This document shows positions 1 through 12,981 of a stretch of DNA of 64,000 nucleotides, piece after piece (position 1 is the first letter of the stretch; each line of letters begins with the position of its first letter). Under the pieces are notes generated by a model that was not told where the DNA came from, made no database searches, and saw only the letters and a list, made by a program, of their open reading frames with translations. The position numbers and the translations under genes were made by a program. The stretch comes from Eukaryota sp. GEM-RC1. Taxonomy: Eukaryota. Location: positions 124,001 to 188,000 of the forward strand of contig JAUFOQ010000013.1 in the NCBI GenBank assembly GCA_040285855.1. Reading direction: 5' to 3'.

Positions 1-648
1 ACTCATTAGCAGGGCGAGAGTATGAGTTACATGTATTAGGACAACGGCAACCAGCATAAGCCAACGCAATAAGCAAAGTGATTACGAAAACGATTTTCAT
101 GATGAGATGTGGGAAAATGGGAAACTGAATCGAGTGTTTTACTTCAACCAAGTCTGTGTCATTTTTGTAATCTAGTTTGTGTACGTTCATTGAAAGTTTC
201 CGATAACGTATATGAACATTAGTTGATGCAGCAACCGCAAAGCGAAAGTATAACATTATTTTGTCAGCTCAGGCTTTACTTTTGACTCAAAAGTAAAGCC
301 TTCAAAAGTTTTGAGAGAACCATAGTAACAGGTATTCGCTGAAGAAGTGGCATCACTTCTACCTCATTAAACGGAACTATTTCTTATTTGTCTTCTACGT
401 TCTTGATGTTATTACTGCTTAAAACAACACAATAAAATGATACATTAATCAATTGTTTGCTGACCATAAGTTGTTGTTGCAAACCTACTTCAACTGATGA
501 CTCCATTTAACATGAAAATCGACTTCCATCTTGAAAGTATATTCTTTGATACGTTGGAAGTTTATAAACAGAAATTATAAAGATAGTGTAATGTTGTTGA
601 ATTAATGGAGATAAAAGAGATATACAAATTTGGGTTTATAGACAACAG

Positions 649-1637
649 TTACAAGATTCCAGCGGCTGTCTGATGGACTTTTCGCATTTCTTCAGTGATT
701 TGGAGCTTGCCAGTCTCAGCAGAAAGTAAATTTTGTGATCGAGCAAACGCTGGAAAGTTTTGAAGATTATTGAAATTCTCATTAATGAACTCCAAGTCAG
801 GTCGAACCTCTTCTAACTGCAAGAAAGCGAACAGCATTTGCTCCATCTTATCCTCAAAAAGAGTTGGAGCACATTGTTCATATGATACTTGAAGGAATGA
901 AGCGATCTCATTAGGACTAGTCTGCTGTTAGAGTAATTAGAATAGAAACATACTACATCTCCTACCAATTCACAAACATTGTCATGGAACTTTAAGAGGT
1001 TTCTGTTCATGAGACATTGTGAGAGAGCAAAACCAGTATCTTCTATGGACACACCAGGGATCTTGGTTTCAGGATGGAGAGGCATTGTCAACTTTCCTTG
1101 AGCCAAGGATGTCACCAATGTTTTGTTCACAATAAGGTTGTCAAAGAACCAAGCAGGTCTTACGATGGAAACAGAGTTGAACTTTGATTGTTTTGCTTTA
1201 AGACACTGTTCCAAGTCATGTTTGCTTTTGAAGGTGGGAATACTTTGGGCAGTTCCACACGCAGCATAGGATGAATACACAAAGTCTACATGATGTTCGG
1301 AGGCAAAGTTGATGATGTTCTGTCCGATTTCATGTTCCAAACGCGATCCCTCAATACTGTTTCTTGATGGAGAGAGAGAAACAGGATTGAGAATGAGACA
1401 AACCTTGTTCATGTCTTTCATTGCTTCTCTGATACTGTTTGGACCATTGAGATCTCCTTTGAAACATTCAAGTTTTCCACCACCTCTCAAGTTCTGTAAA
1501 TCTCTGAAGGATTGTGATTCACGAAGGCAGAATCCTCGGATCTTGGTGATGCTGTCAGCATGAGGATGTCTCAAGAGAGCCTTGATGGTGGCAGAACCTT
1601 GGTGTCCACAAGCTGAGAATACTAGAATGTTGAGCAT
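649..1637 (-). CDS. NmrA-like / atypical short-chain dehydrogenase (NAD(P)-binding Rossmann fold), two exons
   Basis: N-terminal ILVFSACGHQGS (degenerate GxxGxxG), GDL, FVYSS, FKSK and SIVRPAWFFDN motifs typical of NmrA/HSCARG. ORFs 813..1637 and 649..846 join in frame when a GT-AG intron at 922/925..953 is removed. Confidence 0.8.
922..953 (-). other. Spliceosomal intron, 32 nt (29 nt if the proximal AG is used)
   Basis: Minus strand GTATGTTTCTATTCTAATTACTCTAACAG(CAG): GTATGT donor, CTAAC branch-like motif next to a NAGNAG acceptor. Removal restores the frame (GDV[Q]TSPNEIA...MEQML). Confidence 0.8.
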
Positions 1638-2884
1638 TGAAATAAGTGAAGCTGGATATCAGTGGTGATTACTTAAAGCTCTGCCTTCGGATATCTGTTT
1701 GGTCTACAGAGTTGTCTTGAGTAGACAAGTTACATGAGTGAGTTGAGACAATGTCTACAGTTGTTTTTGAAAAACAGATTTGTTCATCACTTCTTCCTAG
1801 AAAAACTAAGATTGAGATTTCAATACTCAGGTAAAGTTTCGTAGGAAGGAACGTCCAACAACGGCCACAGACAAAGAACTTTTTATAAAGTACAGTCGTG
1901 ATCCTAAGAGAGCACTCTTCTTCTCAGCATTTGAGGATTATCTTTGATATCTAGCCAATCCAGTTTGTGAGTTCCACCACTTCGTCGAAAACCTTCCTAC
2001 ATCACTACTGGACCTTCTCGATGAATTCTTCTATTAACCCCACATAAAAAATATTAAGGAAATAATTTGGCTGTAAATATAGGTTTAACATTTATTCCAC
2101 ATCATGCGGTATGTCCAAAAATCTGAGAACCTGTGATATCATGTTACCGACCATTGAACAGCACTTCCAATTATACTTGACGGACCTTCATCTAACATTA
2201 ACTGCTTTCTCTATCATACATGTATATATTTTGTTGCAGTTATAATATACAAAAATGACAAAAGTACTATTGAAGGTGGAGACATTTAGTCTCAGTAAGA
2301 CGTTTTGTCCTGGAATTTCAAAATACAACACTATTTTATCGATGCAAACTGTTGTTTAAAGTTCATAGAATTTTCGAGTACTTAAAAGTTCGACGTTAGA
2401 ACAAACATGTGGAATGTATTATCCTCGATCGGTTTTAAGTTATAACTCTGGCTCTAGATCTCGTCTTCTATCTGTAACCAGAAACACCCGTTTTCAGCAA
2501 TGAATTTCAGTACAACCTAAAGCATTTAAAAATTGAAAACAAAACCATGCGTCATCTGTTGACCGTCAAGAAAAAAGCTTGCCTATCATAAGTTGGGGAT
2601 CACTGATTGATTAGAGCCTGACATGTTCGTGAAAAACTCTAAGTGTTGAAGTCTATTTCATGACTTCAACACTTGTGCAAACTTAGTCTCAGAGATTTAG
2701 TCTCACTGAGATTATATGAGACCAATTTTGGGTTGACTACAATTATTTGTGAGTACATAATTAGTCTCAGCGAGACTAAATGTTTCTTGCATTGTATATG
2801 GATATGTATGAAAGCGGAAATTAATGTCGGAATCGGGCTGTGAAATTAAATACGAATAAAGGAGAAACAAAGTTCCTCCTCCGA

Positions 2885-5096
2885 ATGCTCTCCATCTCTA
2901 CCTATTCCAAGGAAGCCATCCAACAGCTACAATATCTCCGATCCAACAATCTTCTCACTGACTGTGTTATTGAGTTCGAGGACTTAGAGTTCCACTGTCA
3001 CTTCTACATTGTCGTCCTCTTTTCCAAATACCTTGAGAAACTAGATCGCCATGATCACGTTGAAATCAACTCTTCGGGAATGGTTGAAGATCCCTCGATC
3101 TTTGAAGCCATTATGTTGTCCATGTACGGCGCTCCATTAAACATCAACGAAACCAATCTCTTTGACATTCTTCTCATAGCAAAACTCTTAAAGTACACTC
3201 CTTTGATCTCCCACTGCACCGACCTTCAACGACAAGGAGTACAGTCTAGCACCAACGTCTTCTCTCTCCAAGGATCAACTATTCTAGAAAAGCTGAACAG
3301 GGAAACTCCTCCTAAAGTTTTACTGAAGTATAAAGACTATATTGCTAGAACATATAGGCTTCACTTATGTTGTTTCTCTAAGTACTTTGCTAACCTTTGG
3401 ACTAGTCAATGGGCTGATTCAAATGAACAAGAACTTAGCTTTGATGATATGCTGAACGTGTCAAGAGAAAGTTTTCAAGCGTTTTTGAGTTCTTGAGTGG
3501 AAGTGAAATCAAATTGACTGCTGAAAATGCTTATGAATTGACCTATTTAGGATCCTATTTTCAAGTAAAGTCAGTAGTTACTACTGGAAATGACTTTATA
3601 GAAGTGAATTTTGATGTAGGATTTATTGAACAAGCAAGTGCTTTAAATGATCTCATGTTTGTTAAAAAACATGGACAACGTCTCAAATCAATCAAATCTA
3701 CTGATAATGGAATCAAAGTAACTCCAGAAGTCTTTGAAATTCTTTCTTCTTTTAATGTTCATTCTGTTTTTCTTGCTAAATGTTTACACAATTCTTGGAA
3801 AAATTTGAAGTATGATTGGACAATTTCACAATTCAATAGTTGTTTGAAATCCATCACGTGTACTTCAGAGACTGCAAACGTCATTTCTGAGACTTTGTCT
3901 GATTTACTTGATGACGAGGATATTGAACTTTTACTTAACAGATTCTTACTTCGATTGGTCCCTTTTCAAATCCAATCATCGACTGCCACACTCACTGCTG
4001 ACGTGGTAAAGTTGAGAACTGAACTGGTGGAAGCAAAGAAGAACTTCTCCGATAAGGTCTCGAACTTTCAACATGAAAATTCTAAGCTTTTGCAACAAGT
4101 GGAAAGTATTTGTACTCAAAGCAACCAGCTTCAGGTTAAGCAAAAGTCATATAACGTTCCAATTTTAAATTTGAAAATTGACAACCGTTCCTTAAGAAAA
4201 GAACTTGAACGTTTTAATTCTTGGAATAAGTTAAAACCTAGCGTGAGGACGATTTTGAAAAAATGTGGAATGGGTCTGTTACTCGGATTAATCTCGAGTT
4301 TAACTCTATTGGTAATGAAGGTGCCATTGCATTGGCAGAAGCTTTGAAGGTCAATTCCACTGTTACTCGGATTAATCTCGAGTTTAACTCTATTGGTAAT
4401 GAAGGTGCCATTGCATTGGCAGAAGCTTTGAAGGTCAATTCCACTGTTACTCGGATTAATCTCGAGTATAACTCTATTGGTAAAGAAGGTGCCATTGCAT
4501 TGGCTGAAGCTTTGAAGGTCAATTCCACTGTTACTAAGTTTGATCTTTGGCGTAACTCTATTGGTGATGAAGGTGCCGTTGCATTGGCTGATGCTTTGAA
4601 GGTGAATTCCACTGTTACTGAGATTAATTTGCCGGATAACTCTATTGGTGATGAAGGTGCCGTTGCATTGGCTGATGCTTTGAAGGTGAATTCCACTGTT
4701 ACTGAGATTAATTTGCCGGATAACTCTATTGGTGATGAAGGTGCCATTGCATTGGCTGATGCTTTGAAGGTGAATTCCACTGTGACTAAGATTAATCTGT
4801 GGTGTAACTCTATTCGTAATGAAGGTTCAATTGAATGCATCAGCAGAGTTTCAAATAAGCGGATTAAAATGAACAAATTTATAGACCTGAGACACGCACG
4901 GCCTTTCAAACCGAGAAAGGATTGTATTAAAGTACACGATGAAATACAGACCCCCCATGTCACAAAGACTCATGGGGAATCCATTGGAGTAACTGTCCCA
5001 GTTCCCAGAGTGGATCAAATTTACGTTATGGAATGTCCTACGCCGCCATTGAGTGAAGATCTAATGATTGACAAAAGGTCCGATGAAATGATGTAA
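2885..5096 (+). CDS. BTB/POZ x2 - coiled coil - LRR protein, copy 1 (two 1-nt frameshifts in homopolymers)
   Basis: TDCVIEFEDLEFHCH..VVLFSKY and LCCFSKYFANLW BTB motifs. ORFs 2840..3496, 3493..4347 and 4263..5096 join by adding one T at about 3482-3486 (T5 vs T6 in copy 2) and one A at about 4258-4263. Seven 28-aa RI-like LRRs follow. Confidence 0.8.
4281..4860 (+). repeat. Tandem 84-nt LRR-coding array (7 units)
   Basis: Units start at 4281, 4365, 4449, 4533, 4617, 4701 and 4785; consensus TxIxLxxNSIGxEGAxALAxALKVNSTV. Confidence 0.95.
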
Positions 5097-6229
5097 GTTG
5101 AGTCAGTTGGCGGGTGTAGGAAGATTGCAAATACTTGGTAATTGAATAGAGATGTACTGCACTGTGAAAAATGATAAAGATTGAAACACGTCCCGTGCAA
5201 CATTATTTCGTACTCGCTGTTTCTTAAGAAATTAACATTCTAGAAGAAACTAAATGTGCGATCAATATCTACAATCAAACATTTTGAGTTAGTGACTTGA
5301 AAAGTTTTATGTTATCAATTAACGGAATACAAACTACTAGTCTTAAAAGACATTAAAAAACGGGGTTTATGATCAATCAGTGAAATAAACGCATTTGCAG
5401 AAGTTAATAACTAACAGACACTAACTAAAGTATCTAAACTATGATCCTTCTGTCCATCACCGAACAACTTACCTAAAATTGAATTAAAATATCTGCATTG
5501 AACGAAACAACACAAACGTTAACATACTCAACCAAAAAATTTCATATTGTTTCACTTTATAGTCATCCAGCCTACGTCATTGACGTTCTGTAATCGAACG
5601 GTTAAAGAATTCAGCACAAAATTGTATTTCTGCAAGTTGTTTTTAAACAAGACATGGCCAAATTGTACCACACAATAGTATAATTGATCACAACTGTTCA
5701 CTGTTAAGTGTTGTTCTCATACATTTGTTTTCATCAATTAAAGGGAATTTAGGGCTGATAAATACAATTAATACTAATACAAATACACTATTCCAGAAAA
5801 AATACAATACATACTACAGAATAAATATAGAATACAAAAAATACTGTATATTGCATTTTACTACTATGCAGTACAGTACTTGAAATTTCAGTTTGTTTAG
5901 TTTAACACTTCATAAGTAAATCTTAGTAAATCTTCCATGTTTGACAGTTTCAACTGTATTGCAATATTGACCAATATATTGGTCGTTATCCAATTTTGAT
6001 TGGAAGGACAAAAACCGATACCAATATAATGCAACAAATATAACAGAGCCCTGGTTACCGATCGTACTCAAGTCCATCTAAAACAGGATCAACGTCAGAC
6101 TCTGATTCAGATACAAGAGATTCGTCTGCTTCATTTCTTTCTTCATCTTCTTTTTCTTCCCCTTTCTGCAAAACTAATTCCACAAATAAACTCTTCATCT
6201 CAATAATGAGGCTTGAAAACTTAACATAC

Positions 6230-6500
6230 ATCTTCGCTTAGATCTAGTTCCATCTGGATTGTTAGATAGTACTATGTGTTGCTGTGATAAAAGAACGAAA
6301 GCTCCCTTCAAAGACATTGTTATTTGCAAACAACTTCTTCAGTTTAGATCGATTTTACACAATGCTGTTCGTGACGTAACGTATGAAATGTTTAAATGTC
6401 ATGGTTTTAATGGGAAAATGGAACCTCTTTTTAAGCACTAGCATTATAGTGACGATAATATTACCAATTCATATCAAGGTGATCTGACTGTTCCAAATCT
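6230..6500 (+). mobile_element. Relic of a CRE/RLE-type non-LTR retrotransposon C-terminus
   Basis: Cys cluster, RSILHNAVRD, GFNGKMEPL and GDLTVP resemble the Zn-knuckle/RHD/PD endonuclease region and match the relic at about 33.6-33.9 kb. Confidence 0.5.
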
Positions 6501-7487
6501 TGATTCTGAAGAGTCACAGCAAGAATTGATTCATTTGTGTCTCAATATCTGGAAAAACTGTGTAATGAACATGAAGTTTCTTTCCTAATAGTGCCAAAAG
6601 ACGTGCCTACCTATTTAATGATCCACTCAAAAGGGACAAATGAAGAAAAGTAAGGAGTTGTCGAGTTGTTGTTGGAAGGTGATCACGTAGTAATTGGTTA
6701 CGCAACAAAATGGTATATCAATGTTTTTTCGATGGAGAACTGCAACCTCTCTTAGTTCAAAGCTATCACCTCAACAAGTGCTGAATGGGGTTTTCGAGAA
6801 GCCTAACACGTGATGGATATATCATTCTTCTATGTCGTTTCACTGAATTTGTGTTCATTTCTACTGTTTATGATAAAACTATATCGAATAAAGGTCGTAA
6901 ATTCAAGTTTATTCCAGAGTTTACTTAAATGTATGGAATATTGATGAGTTTTTCATGTTATCAGTTCTGGAATCATTGAAAATCAGTGCCAATTTATCAA
7001 CTTGGATCGGCTGTAATATGAGTGAAAACAGATGTGTTTTTCTGTTGGTTGATCTTACAGTGAGTTATTCTGATCTCCAGCTTTGAATTTATCCAACACT
7101 TGTTGGCGCCAACACGCAACACGTGTTGAATACTTTCCAACACCGTGTTGAACCGAACATAGGTTTAAAGTCATTTGGGCCTAAAGATAGATAATTTAGT
7201 CTAATTCAGTTATTGACTACAAAATGATACGATGTAGGATTGATTCTGCAGAGTTCTCGTGCCTTAGATTTTTGAGTTGAGAGGGGCAAGCTCGTGTACA
7301 ATGCTTTAAAAACATGACTTAAAAGAGAGAGAATGAAAATGAATCATACATACCATATAGACGGTAGTAAAGAGGCAAAATGTGGGGTAAATTTTTGGCA
7401 CATAAACAGACTTTTTAAATTTTATACGATGCTCTGACTAGACTACATACTGAAACAGATAATGGAAGAACAAATACAGGTAGTCAG

Positions 7488-9061
7488 TTAGCACCTGATC
7501 CGATAATTTGAGATTCTTTTGATGACTTGTTCAGTCTGAGAGTCAGTATGGTTAGCAACTAGATTAATCTTAGTCACAGTGGAATTCACTTTCAAAGCTT
7601 CAGCCAATGCAATGGCACCTTCATTACCAATAGAGTCACTCTCAAGAGTAACCCGACTAACTGATCCGCTCCTCATTTTTTCCAAAACCGTCATCACTCA
7701 AAACTGTCATCACTCCAAGAATTGAGACGTTCAATTTCTTTTCTTAAGGAACCGTTGTCAATTTCCAAATTTAAAATTTGCTGGTTATGAGACTTTTGAA
7801 TGGCCTGAAGCTCATTGTTCAGAGTAGAAATACTTTCCACTTGTTGCAAAAGCTTAGAATTTTCATGTTGAAAGTTCGAGACCTTATAGGAGAAGTCCTT
7901 CTTTGCTTCCACCAGTTCAGTTCTCAACTTTACCACGTCAGCAGTGAGTGTGGCAGTCGATGATTGGATTTGAAGAGGGACCAATCGAAGTAAGAATCTG
8001 TTAAGTAAAGGCTCAATATCTATGTCATCAAGTAAATCAGATAAAGTCTCAGAAATGACGTTTACAGTCTCTGAAGTACACGTGAGGGATTTCAAACAAC
8101 TATTGAACTGTGAAATTGTCCAATCAGACTTCAAATTTTTCCAAGAATTGTATAAACATTTAGCAAGAAAAACAGAATCAACATTAAAAGAAGAAAGAAT
8201 TTCAAATACTTCTGGAGTTACTTTGATTCCATTATCAGTAGATTTGATTGATTTGAGACGTTGTCCATGTTTTTTAACAAACATGAGATCATTTAAAGCA
8301 CTTGCTTGTTCAATAAATCCTACATCAAAATTCACTTCTATAAAGTCATTTCCAGTAGTAACTACTGACTTTACTTGAAAATAGGATCCTAAATAGGTCA
8401 ATTCATAAGCATTTTCAGCAGTCAATTTGATTTCACTTCCACTCAAGAACTCAAAAAACGCTTGAAAACTTTCTCTTGACACGTTCAGCATATCATCAAA
8501 GCTAAGTTCTTGTTCATTTGAATCAGCCCATTGACTAGTCCAAAGGTTAGCAAAGTACTTAGAAAAACAACATAAGTGAAGCCTATTTGTTCTAGCAATA
8601 TAGTCTTTATACTTCAGTAAAACTTCATGAGGAGTTTCCCTCTTCAACTTTTCTAGAATAGTTGATCCTTGGAGAGAGAAGACGTTGGTGCTAGACTGTA
8701 CTCCTTGTCGTTGAAGGTCGGTGCAGTGGGAGATCAAAGGAGTGTACTTTAAGAGTTTTGCTATGAGAAGAATGTCAAAGAGATTGGTTTCGTTGATGTT
8801 TAATGGAGCGCCGTACATGGACAACATAATGGCTTCAAAGATCGAGGGATCTTCAACCATTCCCGAAGAGTTGATTTCAACGTGATCATGGCGATCTAGT
8901 TTCTCAAGGTATTTGGAAAAGAGGACGACAATGGAGAAGTGACAGTGGAACTCGAAGTCCTCGAACTGAATAACACAGTCAGTGAGAAGATTGTTGGATC
9001 GGAGATATTGTAGCTGTTGGATGGCTTCTTTGGAATAGGTAGGGACCGAGAGGTTTGTCAT
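7488..9061 (-). CDS. BTB/POZ x2 - coiled coil - short LRR protein, copy 2
   Basis: Near-identical paralogue of 2888..4225 starting MTNLS at 9061. The frame breaks at a 16-nt tandem duplication (7683-7714) before about 2 LRRs (ORF 7488..7697). Confidence 0.8.
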
Positions 9062-9223
9062 TTGAAGAGATTTAATTCTCAAAGTTGCACAATGCAATTC
9101 CCCCTTGAATAGCACTTTTGTCATTTTGAGAAATCACAGCTGCAACATAATGTATATGATAGAAGGAAGCTCTGTTCACAGTTTAAACAAGTTTAAACAA
9201 GTTTAAACTGTAAAACATCATGG

Positions 9224-9990
9224 TACAGTCAAACCACTATAATTTCTCTCTCCATTCCCCAAAACATCTTGAACTTTGGGATCACTTGTGAACACGGTTA
9301 CCTTGATATTGTTTATACATATACATCATAGCGGCACAGTGAAGGTTTAGATTGATCACTTTTTGTTAAACTAAACACCGCGTACAACTGTTGATTCAGC
9401 TTCCACATATTGTGTCCCATGTTCCCTTTGATGGTTGCTGAGTTGTATTTGAACCTTTGTTAGATCACTTCCCCCCAAAATAAACACCATGTTCATCTGT
9501 TGCATCAGCTTCCACATATGACATCCTCTTCATATGTGTAGGTTTTGTTTGTGTCACAAACAACCCATAACATCGGTTCTTTAGCCAACCTTAGACATCT
9601 TTGTCTTCTATATCCTTCATGAGATCCTTGTGTAATGCTCAAGTAGTGTTTTGCTTTGTTATACTTCACCTTTATTAATTTTGTTCACATTGATTTTGCC
9701 TGCATTCTTGATCTCTGTCATATGACCAAAAACAGCTCATTAACTGGTCAACAGAAGCGATCACTATGCTTGTATGGTGCTCAAAAAGCAAACACTACTA
9801 CTAATCAACTGATTCAATGGGTACTTGACATCAAGAAGCATCGAATACAGTGTTTTGGATGGAACAGAAGTAGGGTAAAGTAGATTCATAAATAGATTTA
9901 TTATATATAAACGATCTGTGTTGGTCATGTAGGAAAAGCTATTGCTGATAAAGAAGAAACACAGTGACTGACGGAAGAGTGAAAGCACGT
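9224..9990 (+). mobile_element. Possible degenerate pogo/Tigger relic
   Basis: TA-CAGTCAAACC Tigger-like terminus near 9224 and an HTH_psq-like fragment MTKNSSLTGQQKRSLC...QLIQWV at about 9722-9830. Confidence 0.3.
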
Positions 9991-10819
9991 CCATTAAGCG
10001 TGTTTTTCCTCAATTTCTCGGTCCCAAAGGTGAGAAATTATAGAGGCTTGATTGTACACTACAACTTCATGCCTCTGTATTAATACAAATACAAATACAA
10101 CGCATACAAGTACACTATTTCCATCATGGGAGTGTATTTCAATTGTATTTCAGGTGGAAACATGTGTGTTACTGTCATAACACCATTTAATATAATCAAA
10201 TATACTACGAAGTGACATTGCCAAATACTTTTTACGTTTCATTGTTTTCACACCGAAAGTAGTTGAACTTTGGTTTTACATTATGAAAACATCTATGGTT
10301 TTTGATGTGATTTCAGTTGATGTTTGTAAAAAGTGCATTTAATCAAGCCAAAAATGAAGTTTAGTCCCTGATTTTTCAGTAAAATTGAAGAGAAATCAAT
10401 ACCATGCTCCATGACTCTCCATTTCAACGAGCACCAATTCCATAGGAGGTTGTTGTTGTGCTGATATCCCGCAGTTGAGATGTAAACAGTATAGTGGGAG
10501 AGGATGCAAGTGTTTTTGAATCAGTAGAAGTCATTACATAATTGATGAATTGAAATTTGCTGGACACACACAACTTCATACTACCATTTTACATACTGTT
10601 ACAGAAGAAACATTGTATTTGGTACAGACGTAGTATTTATGTCACATTAATCTACATTGACAAAAATACTAGTAAATACATATTGATACTAAAAATACCA
10701 AACAAATATACAAATAGGGACTTTGTATTAATACAAATACAAACACAAAATACAAATATAAACTTGGTGGTCATGATAGGCGTAACTGCCCCACTAGGAA
10801 GTCTGCTTCAGATGATGCC

Positions 10820-12981
10820 ATGATTGCCGAAGTTGTTTTGTCCGTGGAGTCTAAACAGTCTGTTCTTGATTTCCAAGAGACTGTTTGTGAGCCTAAAATT
10901 AATTCATCAATTTCATTGACCTGTCTTTTTTGTGCTAAATCTGTTTCTGGGAGAAATAAATCCAATCGTCCACTTCTTGTGTGTTTTGATTGTTCACCTA
11001 CTGATGTATGTCGTTCACAATTTAGAATTCCTATCATGATATCTCCAATGGCGGCTGTTAATGTCGGGACTGCTCTTAGAAGTGTCACTCAAATTTTACG
11101 CGGTGGAATTTGGAAACCTGCACCTTTTGGCGATACATGTTATCAAATTGTTAAGAAATCCAGTAGAAAAATTAAACCTGTTCTTAAGTCTCAAGTTAGT
11201 GATAAGTTTCTTACCAAAAGATTTCAAAATCTTGTTTTACGAGGTCAGTTTTCTTCTGCTTTGTCCTCCCTTAATCACGCACTTCCAGCTGAAGTTTCTG
11301 TTGAAACTGTTGAAAAACTAAAAAAATTACACCCTTTTGAATAATTTTCAGGTAATCCGGTTGTTGGTGAGCTTTCTATGTCGTGCTGAACTAACAAACC
11401 TGTTTTAGTTGATGAAATTCTAAAATTAAAGTCGTCATCCCCTTCTGGTCGTGCTGCTGGTCCTTCTGGTATGAGTTTTGATCATTTTAAAATTGCCGTT
11501 AATGCTGTTCCTGAAATTTGTGAAGATCTTGCTGTTTTCTGTAATGAAGTTTTGCTAGGCACAAAGAAATAACCTCATGCTCTTTGCTCTTCTAGATTAG
11601 TGGCTTTAAACCAACCAAATGGTGGTGTGAGACCAATTGCAGTGGGTGAAACAATTTCTCGTATTTTTTCAACTTTGTGTTTTAGGAGAGTCAGAGATTC
11701 CTCTGTTGAATTCTTTAGACCGTTTCAATTTGCATTTGGAGTTCCTGATGGCACTACATGTGCTGCTTTAACCTCTGATTTTCTTCTTCATTCAAATGAG
11801 GAAAATGCCATTTTGAACATTGATTTTAAAAATGCATTTAATTGTGTTTTAAGGTCAACTATATCTGACGAACTTTCTGAATTTTTTCCTCAGTTGATTC
11901 CTTATTTTAATCTTTTTTTATGGTAAAGCGTCTAATTTAATTTTTTACAAGTTTGATATTAAATCAACTAGAGGCGTTAAGCAAGGTGATCCTTTGGGTC
12001 CTCTTTTGTGTTGTCTCGCTCTGCAAAAATTATTTAAAATCTTACAATTAGAATTTCCAACTGTTAAAATTAGTGCTTATGCTGATGATTCTTCGCTGAT
12101 CGCTCCAGTTGACGTTCTCAAAAAGTGTTTTTCACGTTTCATTGAACTTTCTTTGAGTATTAGTTTAACAATTAATTTTGATAAGTGTTTTCTTGTTGTT
12201 AAGTCTTCGAATGTGTCTAATCTTGGTTTTTGTAATATTCAAATCATCGATTATTCTACTCAATGTTTTCGTTTCCTTGACACATTTTTGGGAAATTATG
12301 AGAAAATTCATTCAGAATTGGAGTGTTCATTAACGACCATTGAAGAAAAACTAAATCAAATATTATCTTTAGATGTGAGTAAACATGTTTCCTTTGCTAT
12401 GCTTCAGGTCTGTTTTTCCGGGAAAATTAATCATTTTTTACGTTCATTAGACTATTTCCTTGCTGAAACATTTGCCAAAAAAATTCAATTTTATTAGAAC
12501 AAATTTTGTCTCTAACTTGGCGGAAATTGATGAGTCTATTTTTCCATTTCATGCTTTTTATTTTTCTGAATTCGCAGGAGTAGGTTTCACCCATGCAAAA
12601 ATCATTAGAAAATCTGCTCTTTTAGGAGGTGTTAAGAATTTTATGTTTGAATTTTTGAAACGGTTTCCCTTGGATGGAATCAATCTGTTGAATTCCAGTA
12701 ATTGCCGTTGGGTTCAATCTGCTAAAAATTTGGTATCATCCTTGTCTCCTGAAATGTGGGAAGATCTGTTCCCTGCTCATTTGAAGGAGACTCCTTTAAA
12801 AATATTTCTTCTCTGCCGTCTGCTGAGAAATTGTACAAGTTTGGTGTGAAGGTTAATGTTGATAAACGTAATCTTTTACCGGGTGGTGATGAAGTCGTTT
12901 GGATTTAATCTTAGTATTATTTGTTTGTTTTTACAATTTCATAGTTTTGTAGGAAGGTTACCTTATTGGGTGCCGAATAAA
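10820..12981 (+). mobile_element. CRE-like non-LTR retrotransposon (RT pseudogene, endonuclease domain deleted)
   Basis: RT motifs AAGPSG, GGVRPIAVGE, IDFKNAFN, GVKQGDPLGPLL and AYADD with stops and frameshifts. The last ~157 nt (12824-12981) are near-identical to the 3' end of the copy at 48719-48875 and end in AATAAA. Confidence 0.85.

Noticed and set aside
4281..4860. CRISPR-like repeat/spacer array
   Set aside because: The units are in-frame 28-aa LRR codons with no unique spacers or cas genes, in a eukaryotic context.
4238..4963. 241-aa antisense ORF (also 36529..37608 + ORFs)
   Set aside because: Shadow frames of the 84-nt LRR repeats.
10820..12981. RT as part of a diversity-generating retroelement acting on the LRR arrays
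   Set aside because: The motifs are non-LTR CRE-type, there is no template/variable repeat pair, and LRR variation is not adenine-specific.
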